From a virus: a stretch of 64,000 nucleotides of DNA. Location: the IMG/VR virus record IMGVR_UViG_3300045988_154953; one strand, 5' to 3'. Under the pieces are notes generated by a model. That model saw only the letters and a list, made by a program, of their open reading frames with translations, was not told the DNA's origin and searched no databases. The position numbers and the translations under genes are program-made. Below, piece by piece: positions 9,482 through 18,231 of this stretch (position 1 is the stretch's first letter; each line of letters opens with the position of its first letter).

Positions 9482-9539
9482 TTTTAGAAAACGAATTTGT
9501 TTGGTTATGGATTAAAATTTGATTCATAACCAAACGATA

Positions 9540-9663
9540 AAGTAATCAGTATATTAAGTATTATTACTTGATATCTGCAGGTGATTTTGCACCTGAAAAG
9601 TGAGGTTAATAACACTCACTAAAATCTGTGTAATTAGATTCGAAATGTACATGTGAATTTGAG
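9540..9663 (+). ncRNA. putative tracrRNA-like scaffold, upstream module (U)
   Basis: Stacked hairpins are present: aagtaat/attactt at 9540-9569, caggtg/cacctg at 9578-9595 and gtgag/ctcac at 9600-9619. A 14-nt block cactcactaaaatc (9613-9626) is identical to one in the downstream scaffold. It is followed by an 11-nt anti-repeat tctgtgtaatt (9625-9635). The 5' boundary is uncertain. Confidence 0.5.
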
Positions 9664-9765
9664 GTTTTAGAGATATATTAAATTACATAGATACAAAACT
9701 CATGGACTCTATAAGATAAGTATGGTGTGGTTTTAGAGATATATTAAATTACACAGGTACATAAA
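9664..9765 (+). CRISPR. mini CRISPR array U: 2 repeats, 1 spacer
   Basis: The repeat is GTTTTAGAGATATATTAAATTACATAGATACAAAAC (9664-9699). The second copy (9730-9765) is identical for 24 nt and then degenerate. The spacer is 30 nt (9700-9729) and the period is 66 nt. Confidence 0.6.
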
Positions 9766-9825
9766 TAAGTCTATAGATTTACATAATTATAAAATAATTA
9801 TAAATATGAAGGATAACAAATAGCA

Positions 9826-11556
9826 ATGAATACAATAAAAAATACATATATACGAACATTAAAATTTAATTTAAATTTAACACCAAAATTCGAAACAGAA
9901 GAAGATAATAAAAAATATATAAATGATGTGTATTCATATCTAAGAGATGCTATATGGGCACAAAATAGAGCTATGAATATTGTTCTTGATCGAACTAAAG
10001 AAGCTTATACACTTGGACGAGGGATGAACAGGGTTAAAGAAATATATTATTCATATTCCCATCAAAAACCAATTAGTAATGACAAAAAAGAAAGCTTCTT
10101 AGAATCATTGTTGCAGTATGCACCTATAGACGATCAATTTGTAAAAAATGAAGTTAAAAAATTACGTAAATTCTATGAATCTAAAAAGAAACCACCAAAA
10201 GAAGAAACTGTTTCTAAAAATTGTGAAGCTTTAAAAAATAAGTACATAAAATATGTTGGTAAATCAAAAGATGATGTCAAACGAGAATTAGATTTACTTG
10301 AAAATTATTGTGCATATCCAGAAGATATTTATGAAAAATTTGCTAACGGATTAAGCACACCTGCATATATAAAACAGAAAGTAGAATCTTATTGGAAACA
10401 GGATGGAATAAAAACAAAAGTTATTTACTCGATGGATGAAAATCTCAGACGAATAAAAGATGCTCCATTGTTCATACCACCAAATGTTTTTTACAATAAA
10501 AAAGATGAATTAATCGGTTTGGTATATGATTATACTGACTATATATCTTTTTTAGAAGATTTAGAAAATAAACGAAATGTAAATATATATTTAAGTATTC
10601 CATATAAAAAAGGTGAAGATAAATTAAAATTCAAATTAGTTCTAGGGAATCCACATAAGTCTCGTGATTCTAGATTATCCATAAAAAGAATTTTTGAAGA
10701 AGAATATAGAATTAAAGGCAGCAGTATTGGATTTACGAAGAATAAAGAAACTGGCAAAAATACAAATTTAACTTTATATCTTACTGTTGAAGTCCCACAA
10801 AATAAAGATAATACTCTTGATGAGAATGTAGTTGTTGGAGTAGATGTCGGCATCGCTATTCCATGTGTATGTGCTTTAAATAACGATAAATATACAAGAG
10901 AAAATATTGGAAGTTATGATACTTTATTTGCTAAAAGAACCCAGTTTAAAATGCAGAGAAGTAGATTGAATAGTCAATTAAAATTATCAAAGGGTGGACA
11001 TGGAAGAAAAAGAAAGTTAAAGAAATTAGAATTACTTTCAGGAAAAGAGAAAAATTACGTTGATACAGAATGTAGAAAGTATGCAAGTGATGTAATTAAA
11101 TTTTGTTTAAAACATCATGCTAAATATATTAATTTAGAGCACCTAAAAGGATATCGAGAGAATCCTAAAGTATTAGCTGGATGGAGTTTTTATAAAATCC
11201 AAACATATATTGAACAAGCAGCTGAAAAACATGGAATTATTGTAAGGAAAATTAATCCATGTTATACATCACAGATTTGTAGCGTATGTGGAAATTGGCA
11301 TCCAGAGAATAGACCAAAGGGTAAATTAGGGCAAGCATATTTTAATTGTCATAATATTGATTGTAAAACTCATAATACAGATTTGTATAAATATGGTATT
11401 AATGCAGACTTTAATGCTGCTAGGAATATAGCAATGTCAACATTATTTATTACCGATTCTGATGAGATCACAAAGAAACATTGGAAAGAAGCCAGAGAAT
11501 ATTATGGTATAGATGAATCGGATGATAAAGAAGAAAAATTAAATAAAGTAGCCTAA
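9826..11556 (+). CDS. cas12f: Cas12f (Cas14)-like / TnpB-derived RuvC nuclease, 576 aa
   Basis: The split RuvC triad is intact: VVVGVD340VG, INLE438HL and NAD528FNAARNIA. A zinc ribbon is present (C485xxC488 ... C508x4C513). GHGRKRKLKKL and the motif order are collinear with Cas14a1/Un1Cas12f1 as I recall it. Confidence 0.8.
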   Translation: MNTIKNTYIRTLKFNLNLTPKFETEEDNKKYINDVYSYLRDAIWAQNRAMNIVLDRTKEAYTLGRGMNRVKEIYYSYSHQKPISNDKKESFLESLLQYAPIDDQFVKNEVKKLRKFYESKKKPPKEETVSKNCEALKNKYIKYVGKSKDDVKRELDLLENYCAYPEDIYEKFANGLSTPAYIKQKVESYWKQDGIKTKVIYSMDENLRRIKDAPLFIPPNVFYNKKDELIGLVYDYTDYISFLEDLENKRNVNIYLSIPYKKGEDKLKFKLVLGNPHKSRDSRLSIKRIFEEEYRIKGSSIGFTKNKETGKNTNLTLYLTVEVPQNKDNTLDENVVVGVDVGIAIPCVCALNNDKYTRENIGSYDTLFAKRTQFKMQRSRLNSQLKLSKGGHGRKRKLKKLELLSGKEKNYVDTECRKYASDVIKFCLKHHAKYINLEHLKGYRENPKVLAGWSFYKIQTYIEQAAEKHGIIVRKINPCYTSQICSVCGNWHPENRPKGKLGQAYFNCHNIDCKTHNTDLYKYGINADFNAARNIAMSTLFITDSDEITKKHWKEAREYYGIDESDDKEEKLNKVA

Positions 11557-11713
11557 GTGCTACTAAACCAGTCGAAAGACTGCGGTGTGTTTTGGTGTGT
11601 TTATATAGCCTCAAATATAAACACCGCTATTGTGGATACAATAGTACGCCGAAAGGTGAGGATTCGTCACTCACTAAAATCCATGTTAAAACTTGTATCT
11701 ATGGTAATTTGGG
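11557..11713 (+). ncRNA. putative tracrRNA-like scaffold, downstream module (D)
   Basis: It starts right after the cas stop codon. Hairpins: cagtc-GAAA-gactg (11569-11582), a roughly 10-bp stem at 11597-11624, ctattgt/acaatag (11627-11644), and gtgag..UUCG..ctcac (11656-11674). Then come the conserved cactcactaaaatc (11668-11681) and the anti-repeat tccatgttaaa (11680-11690). Confidence 0.55.
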
Positions 11714-11881
11714 GATTAAGAAGTATATCATTTAACATGGGTACAAAACTCTATAGAGATACACTGTATATTTAGTTATGATTAAGAAGTATATCATTTA
11801 ACATGGGTACAAAACTCAGCACTGCATTTATTTTTAGGCAGGCACGATTAAGAAGTATATCATTTAACACGAATATAAAAA
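11714..11881 (+). CRISPR. mini CRISPR array D: 3 repeats (last one degenerate), 2 spacers
   Basis: The repeat GATTAAGAAGTATATCATTTAACATGGGTACAAAAC occurs at 11714 and 11780, with a degenerate copy at 11846. The period is 66 nt. The 30-nt spacers are at 11750-11779 and 11816-11845. Confidence 0.7.
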
Positions 11882-11899
11882 TGAAACGGAGACAACTAA

Positions 11900-12448
11900 T
11901 TGATTATTATTATTGGTAAAACCGCATCTGGTAAAGACACAATTGTAAAAGAGTTATGTCTAAATCATAATTTCAAAAAGATTGTTACATATACAACCAG
12001 ACCAATGCGAGAAAATGAAATTGATGGCACTACATACCATTATATATCAAATGAAGAATTTAAGGGAAAAATTAATGAAGGATTTTTTGTAGAATATAAA
12101 TCCTACCAATCTGAATTCGGTGAATGGTTCTATGGAACATCTGAAGAGAGCATTCTAAATTCTGATGACAAATCTATTATAATTCTTACACCTCAAGGGT
12201 ACAAAGATATCTTATCTAAATATCCCAATCTTAATTATAAATCCATTTATTTATATGCAAGTAATAGAACAATTAGAAAACGTTTAATACAGCGTGGAGA
12301 CGATGAGGCAGAAGCAAAGCGAAGAGTTAGACATGATAAGAAAGATTTTAGAGGTATTTATAAAATAGTAGATAAAGTTATTTGTAATAATCAAAATAAA
12401 CAATTTGAGAAGGTAATAAAAGAAATATTGGATGTGATTAAAGAATGA
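11900..12448 (+). CDS. gmk: guanylate kinase
   Basis: It has the P-loop GKTASGKDT and TTRPMRENEIDGTTYHYIS. The TTG start lies 7 nt after a GGAGA RBS. Confidence 0.75.
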   Translation: MIIIIGKTASGKDTIVKELCLNHNFKKIVTYTTRPMRENEIDGTTYHYISNEEFKGKINEGFFVEYKSYQSEFGEWFYGTSEESILNSDDKSIIILTPQGYKDILSKYPNLNYKSIYLYASNRTIRKRLIQRGDDEAEAKRRVRHDKKDFRGIYKIVDKVICNNQNKQFEKVIKEILDVIKE

Positions 12449-12882
12449 TAAATAAAATGACAAATAGAATAAACGTATATCTTTCTGGAGCAATTAAGAA
12501 TACAGACTATAAATTCCAAGATTGGAGAGAATATTGTTCTGATTCCATTTTAGCTGGTTTTTATCCACATTTAAATATTATTGATCCCAATAAATTTTTC
12601 AATTATACCGATAAACAACCAAAAACAGATAAACAATGTATGGATTTGTTTATGTATCTATTAAAGAAAAGTGATGTTTTATTGGTTAATTTGGATCAAT
12701 CGAATAGTAGCGTAGGTACCGGCATGGAAGTAGAATATGCAATTTGTAATAACATTCCTATTATTGCATTTGGTAATAAACCAGAGACTTGGTATAAGTG
12801 GGTTGAGATAAGTGCAGCAGTTATATTAGAAGATGCAGAGGAAGCATTAGAGTATATTGATAACTCATACGGAGTTATTTAG
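12445..12882 (+). CDS. nucleoside 2-deoxyribosyltransferase-like protein
   Basis: VYLSGAI...W and GTGMEVEYA match the family pattern. Confidence 0.55.
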   Translation: MINKMTNRINVYLSGAIKNTDYKFQDWREYCSDSILAGFYPHLNIIDPNKFFNYTDKQPKTDKQCMDLFMYLLKKSDVLLVNLDQSNSSVGTGMEVEYAICNNIPIIAFGNKPETWYKWVEISAAVILEDAEEALEYIDNSYGVI

Positions 12883-12930
12883 TATAAATGAAACATGATG
12901 ATTATAAATAAATTAAGAAAGGATGATTAA

Positions 12931-13806
12931 ATGAAAGTAGTCAAGAGAGATTGTACGCTGGTAGATTTTGATAAAAATAAAATTTACACAGCGATAATGA
13001 AAGCGATGAAGGATGGATCAGGAATTGTGAAGCCGAAGGTAGCAGAAGACATCTCAAATGAGATATATGAAATGCACAAAAATGACGATGAAATCGACAT
13101 TTCAACCATCGAATCAGAGGTCTTCGATAAATTGATTACAAAAAAACAAAGACTTACTGCCAGAGCTTATGAAGGATATAGAAGTAAACGAGAGCTGCAA
13201 CGAGAATATAACACTATAGATGATGAAATAATCGGCCTTGTCGAAGATAAAAATGAATATTGGAAAGATGAAAATGCAAACAAAAATCCAATATTAAATC
13301 CAACGAAAAGAGATTATATTGCCGGTTCAGTAAGTACAGATGCAACAAAAAGATATTTATTATCACCAGAAATAGTACAAGCTCATATGGATGGTATTAT
13401 TCACTTTCATGATGCAGATTATTTTATTCAACATATGCATAATTGTGATCTAGTTAATCTTGAAGATATGTTACAAAATAACACTGTAATTAGTGGAGTA
13501 TTAATTGAAAAACCACATTCTTTTTCTACTGCTTGTAATATAGCTACACAAGCCATTTCACAAATAGCAAGTAATCAATATGGGGGTCAAAGTGTTTCTT
13601 TGGCACATCTCGCTCCTTTCGTAGATATTTCAAGACAAAAAATAAGAGAAGAATTAGTAGAAGAATTTTCTTTATTGGGTTTCTCTAAGGGTGGAATTAT
13701 AGACGAAGATTTTAATGCAGTTGTAGAAAAACGTTTAAAGAAAGAAATTGAAAAAGGTGTTCAGACTATTCAATATCAATTAGTTACACTTATGACAACA
13801 AACGGT
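12931..13806 (+). CDS. nrdD: anaerobic ribonucleoside-triphosphate reductase, exon 1 (ATP-cone and N-terminal part)
   Basis: MKVVKRDCTLVDFDKNKIYTAIMKA is an ATP-cone. The ORF ends ..LMTTNG, directly before an intron-like sequence. Confidence 0.85.
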
Positions 13807-14861
13807 TAATTTTGGCTGTTGTAAAATCTTGTGAACCATGCCAATGGGTGTCTAATAAATTAGGCTAACGGTCAACTAACCTCAAGGGTAAGGTGGTAAG
13901 AGAACCTAAGTCCTGTAATAAGGATATGGTAATACCGTGTTAAGCGTTTTGTTTATAAAAATAAAAAAAGAAAGGGGGGGAATGAAAAATGTATGGATAT
14001 ATATATTTAACTACAAATCTAATCAACGATCGAAAATATATAGGAAAACATAAAAGTGAATTTTATGACGATAAATATTATGGGAGTGGAAAGATTCTTT
14101 TGCAGGCTATATCAAAATATGGTATTGAAAATTTTACGAATGAAATATTATACGAAGCGGATTACGCAGAAGAATTAAATAAAAAAGAAAAAGAATATAT
14201 TTCATTATATAGAGGAAAATATGGAAAACAAATGTATAATATAGCGTCTGGAGGAGACGGGGGAGATACATACTCATCTAAATCTGAAGAAGAAAAAGAA
14301 GATTTTGTTAAGAAAATGGAGAAAATAAATAGAGACAGATGTTCTTCGAAAGAATTTAAGATACAAGCTTCTGAACGTTTAACTAAAAAATATTCCAACA
14401 TTGAAGAAAGAAAATTACAATCCGAAAGAATTAAAAAAGCTTGGGATAATGAGCAATTAAAGGAAGATCAGAGCGAGCGATTAAAAAATTATTATAAAAC
14501 ACATAAAAAAGAAAATTCATATAATAACATTCCATGTGGGATTAAATTTAATGGGGTAAAATATGAATTTGAAAGTGTTAAGCAATTAAAAAAATTCATA
14601 AAAGAAGAGTTTAATTTTGTCCCAGGAAATTCAAAGATAAAACAGATGATGATTGATGGGACTAATGGTATTCCATATGTTTCTTTCTTTAAAAAATACA
14701 GTAATTTGAATGGCGCGTTACTTTATTATAAACAAAACGAAAATGTAGAGACTATGGGTGATGAATGTAGCCCAGTAGAGCATGAGATAGGCACATGCTC
14801 CAAGTGCAAGACTGAAATAGAAGAGATAGTCCGCTCTGCATAGAAATATGCAGATGGGGTG
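13807..14861 (+). mobile_element. group I intron in nrdD carrying a GIY-YIG homing endonuclease gene
   Basis: The last exon nt is T (ggT|taatttt) and the last intron nt is G (ggggtG|caagcc). Joining gives ..TTNG|QAPFITIF.. in frame. Structured GC-richer segments flank the ORF. Confidence 0.8.
13989..14843 (+). CDS. GIY-YIG homing endonuclease (intron-encoded)
   Basis: MYGYIYLTTNLINDRKYIGKH..YYGSG is the GIY-YIG motif. The gene lies inside the nrdD interruption. Confidence 0.85.
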   Translation: MYGYIYLTTNLINDRKYIGKHKSEFYDDKYYGSGKILLQAISKYGIENFTNEILYEADYAEELNKKEKEYISLYRGKYGKQMYNIASGGDGGDTYSSKSEEEKEDFVKKMEKINRDRCSSKEFKIQASERLTKKYSNIEERKLQSERIKKAWDNEQLKEDQSERLKNYYKTHKKENSYNNIPCGIKFNGVKYEFESVKQLKKFIKEEFNFVPGNSKIKQMMIDGTNGIPYVSFFKKYSNLNGALLYYKQNENVETMGDECSPVEHEIGTCSKCKTEIEEIVRSA

Positions 14862-16229
14862 CAAGCCCCTTTTATTACAATTTTCATGTATCTTAATGAA
14901 GCCAAAAACGAACAAGAAAAACACGATTTAGCTTTATTAATCGAAGAAATGCTTCATCAAAGAATCAAAGGAGTAAAAAATAAAGAAGGAGTTTATGTAG
15001 CACCTGCATTTCCTAAACTAATTTATGTTTTGGAAGAAGATAATATTCATGAAGATTCAAAATATTGGTATTTGACAAAATTAGCTGCGGAGTGTTCTTC
15101 TAAACGTTTAGTTCCAGATTATATTTCAGAAAAAATTATGCTTGAAACAAAAGGTGATGTATACACCTGTATGGGATGTAGATCATTTTTAACAGTAGAT
15201 AGATTTTCTGATAAAGTTTCTAACATTGCCAATGCGAAAAATTACGAACCTGACAAACACAAATATTACGGACGCTTCAATCAAGGTGTAGTTACACTTT
15301 CACTACCAGATATTGCTTTATCTTCAGAAGGTGATTTCGATACATTTTGGAAAATTTTTGAAGAAAGAACTGAATTGTGTCATAAAGCACTTAGAATCAG
15401 ACATGAAAGATTGCGCGGTACATTATCTGATGTTGCTCCTATATTGTGGCAAGATGGTGCTCTTGCTCGATTAAAAGAACATGAAAAAATCGATAAACTT
15501 CTTTATGATGGTTATTCAACTATATCTTTGGGATATGCCGGTTTATATGAATGTGTAAAATATATGACTGGACATTCTCATTCTGATGAAGGTATTGGCG
15601 AAGAGTTTGGATTAAAAGTTATGCAAGCTCTTAATGATAAGTGTGCTCAGTGGAAAAATGCTGAAAATATAGATTATAGTTTGTATGGTACGCCTCTCGA
15701 AAGTACAACGTATAAATTTGCAAAATGCTTAAAGGCTCGTTTTGGTAAAGATGTATTTATTAGATTGGATGGATTTGATAGAAATTATATAACTAATTCA
15801 TATCATATTCCAGTGTTTGAGCCAATTACAGCGTTTGAAAAACTTAGAATAGAAGCAAAATTCCAATTATTAAGTCCTGGTGGAGCCATTTCTTATGTAG
15901 AAGTACCAAGCATGTCTCATAATATTAATGCTTTGATCGAAGTTATCAAATTCATTTACTATCACATTCAGTATGCAGAAATTAATACTAAAAGTTGCTA
16001 CTGTGAAAAATGTGGCTATGATGGAGATATTCCTCTTGTACTAGATGAAAATGGTAAATATAGATGGGAGTGTCCACAATGTGGCAATATAGATAATACT
16101 ACCATGGATATTGCTTTTAGAGTCTGTGGTTACATTGGTACTGCAAAAAATGGTGGTAATCAAGGACGATATGGTGATGTACATGATCGTGTATATCACT
16201 TAGATGATATAGAATATAATGAGAAATAG
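14862..16229 (+). CDS. nrdD: anaerobic ribonucleoside-triphosphate reductase, exon 2 (C-terminal part with glycyl-radical site)
   Basis: It begins QAPFITIF. It contains the C-terminal Zn site CEKCG..CPQCG and the glycyl radical motif RVCGYIG. Confidence 0.85.
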   Translation, partial: QAPFITIFMYLNEAKNEQEKHDLALLIEEMLHQRIKGVKNKEGVYVAPAFPKLIYVLEEDNIHEDSKYWYLTKLAAECSSKRLVPDYISEKIMLETKGDVYTCMGCRSFLTVDRFSDKVSNIANAKNYEPDKHKYYGRFNQGVVTLSLPDIALSSEGDFDTFWKIFEERTELCHKALRIRHERLRGTLSDVAPILWQDGALARLKEHEKIDKLLYDGYSTISLGYAGLYECVKYMTGHSHSDEGIGEEFGLKVMQALNDKCAQWKNAENIDYSLYGTPLESTTYKFAKCLKARFGKDVFIRLDGFDRNYITNSYHIPVFEPITAFEKLRIEAKFQLLSPGGAISYVEVPSMSHNINALIEVIKFIYYHIQYAEINTKSCYCEKCGYDGDIPLVLDENGKYRWECPQCGNIDNTTMDIAFRVCGYIGTAKNGGNQGRYGDVHDRVYHLDDIEYNEK

Positions 16230-16231
16230 TT

Positions 16232-16705
16232 ATGAATATAAATTATAATTTTAGAAATATACACAATACATACAAAAAATGTTCCATTTTAACATATGAT
16301 GAAGATGAAAATTATGAAGAATATGACGGAAACGAAGAAAATTACGAAACTTTTACAATTACGTCACATCACAGAGAAGTAATCTTAACGAATGAGAAGC
16401 ATCATCAATCTATAATTTTTCATGAATATAGATATAATGACGAGTCTAAATTAGATGATGTTTGTGATATTGCAAATTACATTAATGATAAAGCATATAC
16501 GTATCTTTGTAATGTTTTGAACACAACTGATAGCGTGACTGTATTCTGGAGTCAAATATTTGGAACAACAAGTGATTATACAATTATCTATGATAATTAT
16601 TTTACTGATGGTGAAGAATGTAGAAATTATTTAGAACAAAACTATGATTATTGCTCTTATAAGTATGTTGAAATATTAGGAAATGAACGTAGAAAATGTT
16701 TTTAG
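16232..16705 (+). CDS. hypothetical acidic protein
   Basis: ORF between nrdD and nrdG, rich in Asp, Glu, Tyr and Asn. Confidence 0.6.
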   Translation: MNINYNFRNIHNTYKKCSILTYDEDENYEEYDGNEENYETFTITSHHREVILTNEKHHQSIIFHEYRYNDESKLDDVCDIANYINDKAYTYLCNVLNTTDSVTVFWSQIFGTTSDYTIIYDNYFTDGEECRNYLEQNYDYCSYKYVEILGNERRKCF

Positions 16706-16717
16706 GAGAAAAAGTAA

Positions 16718-17296
16718 ATGAGATTTGCAAGTATCAGATCCATGGACATTAGCAATGGAGAGGGTGTGGGTGTCGCCCTCTTCGTTCAAGGATGTCATTT
16801 GCATTGTTATAATTGTTTCAATCAAGAGACATGGGATTTTAACGGTGGCAAGGAATGGACAGAAGATATAAAAAATAAATTTATAAAACTAATTGATCAT
16901 CCATACATAAGTCGAGTTAGCTTTCTTGGCGGTGAACCATTGGCGGATGAAAATGTAGAAACTGTATTCAAAATTATAGAAGAGATTCAATCTATATATC
17001 CAAACAAGAAAATTTGGATATATACAGGATATACCTTAGAAACTATTAAGCAAACACTTGATAGTTATACTAAAATACCTGATTATTTATCTCTTTGTTT
17101 AGAACCAATACCAGTAAACGCAATTTATGATATCAAACGTTGGAAAACAATCGAATTATGTGATGTATTAGTAGATGGTCAATTTATTGATAGTCAAAAA
17201 AATATGAATTTAAGATTTAAAGGATCATCTAACCAAAGAATTATTGATGTTCAGAAATCATTAAAACAGAATAAAGTAGTTTTATATTACAATTAA
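16718..17296 (+). CDS. nrdG: anaerobic ribonucleotide reductase activating protein (radical SAM)
   Basis: GEGVGVALFVQGCHLHCYNCFNQETW carries the CxxxCxxC cluster. It lies adjacent to nrdD. Confidence 0.85.
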   Translation: MRFASIRSMDISNGEGVGVALFVQGCHLHCYNCFNQETWDFNGGKEWTEDIKNKFIKLIDHPYISRVSFLGGEPLADENVETVFKIIEEIQSIYPNKKIWIYTGYTLETIKQTLDSYTKIPDYLSLCLEPIPVNAIYDIKRWKTIELCDVLVDGQFIDSQKNMNLRFKGSSNQRIIDVQKSLKQNKVVLYYN

Positions 17297-17309
17297 TAGG
17301 GTGATAAAC

Positions 17310-18008
17310 ATGTCAAGATATTTAATGAAATTTGTCGGTAAATATCGTGTAAAAGCCAATCTTGATTTAGAAACAAATGATGTACCAAGAGATGAGCATG
17401 GAGTAATTGATCCAGACTTTGATGACATCTACATCAAGTGTGCTAAAAATGCACAGATATATCATTATGGTGATGATGTCATTATTGGTTATATTCCATC
17501 TCTTGGGCGCGCACATAATATACTTATTGCAATGGCAAAAGATTTACACCTTATTCCAGAAGAGTCTATATCTCGTGATTATGAGGCATTGTACTCTATA
17601 TTAAATCAAGATGGAACAATATATGATATACGTGAGAATTCAGAAGAAATAGAATTTAAATTCAAAGATGAAAATATAGAATTTGTAGCAAAATATTTAC
17701 AACCGCAAACATCTGGCGCTAGTATTTCCCCATTTTCTTCAAAGAACCTTCCTAAAACATCCTATGTAATTCCTACAGAAGATTTAGAAGAATATTTAAA
17801 TATTACAAGTGTAATTCAAAAAGAGGATAAGCTAAAGGTTGGTCGTTTACAAAATCAATTTCTCAGAAATATTCTCTCAAATGAAGAACAGTATAAAGAT
17901 ATTGATTTTAAGTCCGATATGAAGAAGAAGATGTTAAAAGGAAAGGAATATATTCATTCAATTGGTGCATGGGATAAATATCTAAAATATTTGCAGCAGG
18001 AATTATAA
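17310..18008 (+). CDS. hypothetical protein
   Basis: The ATG at 17310 lies 6 nt after AGGGTGA. The track gives a GTG start at 17301. Confidence 0.6.
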   Translation: MSRYLMKFVGKYRVKANLDLETNDVPRDEHGVIDPDFDDIYIKCAKNAQIYHYGDDVIIGYIPSLGRAHNILIAMAKDLHLIPEESISRDYEALYSILNQDGTIYDIRENSEEIEFKFKDENIEFVAKYLQPQTSGASISPFSSKNLPKTSYVIPTEDLEEYLNITSVIQKEDKLKVGRLQNQFLRNILSNEEQYKDIDFKSDMKKKMLKGKEYIHSIGAWDKYLKYLQQEL

Positions 18009-18020
18009 GGGGAAATATTT

Positions 18021-18218
18021 ATGAAAAAGATTTCAAAAATATTTGAGGCGATACTACAAGCATTAATATATTTTGTAATTGTGATGTTCATTGTTGGCTT
18101 TTATTATTTGTTAGTTTATTGCCTTACATTTTTTGTTGGTAAGCTAATAGCGAATATCATTCTCAGCATATTAGTGTTTGTATTTATCGTATGGTGTATA
18201 TATCAAAATAACAAGTGA
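18021..18218 (+). CDS. small membrane protein
   Basis: It has two hydrophobic helices and a GGGGAAA RBS upstream. Confidence 0.55.
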   Translation: MKKISKIFEAILQALIYFVIVMFIVGFYYLLVYCLTFFVGKLIANIILSILVFVFIVWCIYQNNK

Positions 18219-18231
18219 AAGGTGATAAAAT

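Noticed and set aside
9481-9493. gttttagaaaacg as an extra upstream CRISPR repeat
   Set aside because: Only the first 8 nt match the U repeat and the spacing does not fit the 66-nt period.
9826-11556. Reading the RuvC protein as an ordinary IS200/IS605 or IS607 TnpB transposon
   Set aside because: No tnpA (Y1 or serine recombinase) is adjacent and no LE/RE-type ends were recognised. The flanks instead carry 66-nt-period repeat-spacer units with matching anti-repeats. A TnpB origin is still likely in evolutionary terms.
11557-11775. 72-aa ORF on the plus strand
   Set aside because: It lies entirely over the structured scaffold and the first CRISPR repeats, uses a GTG start and has no RBS. 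It is most likely not coding.
9700-11845. Self-targeting of this phage by its own spacers
   Set aside because: I noticed no protospacer match in the window. The short shared strings (for example CTCTATA) look like AT-rich chance matches. An exhaustive search was not possible by eye.
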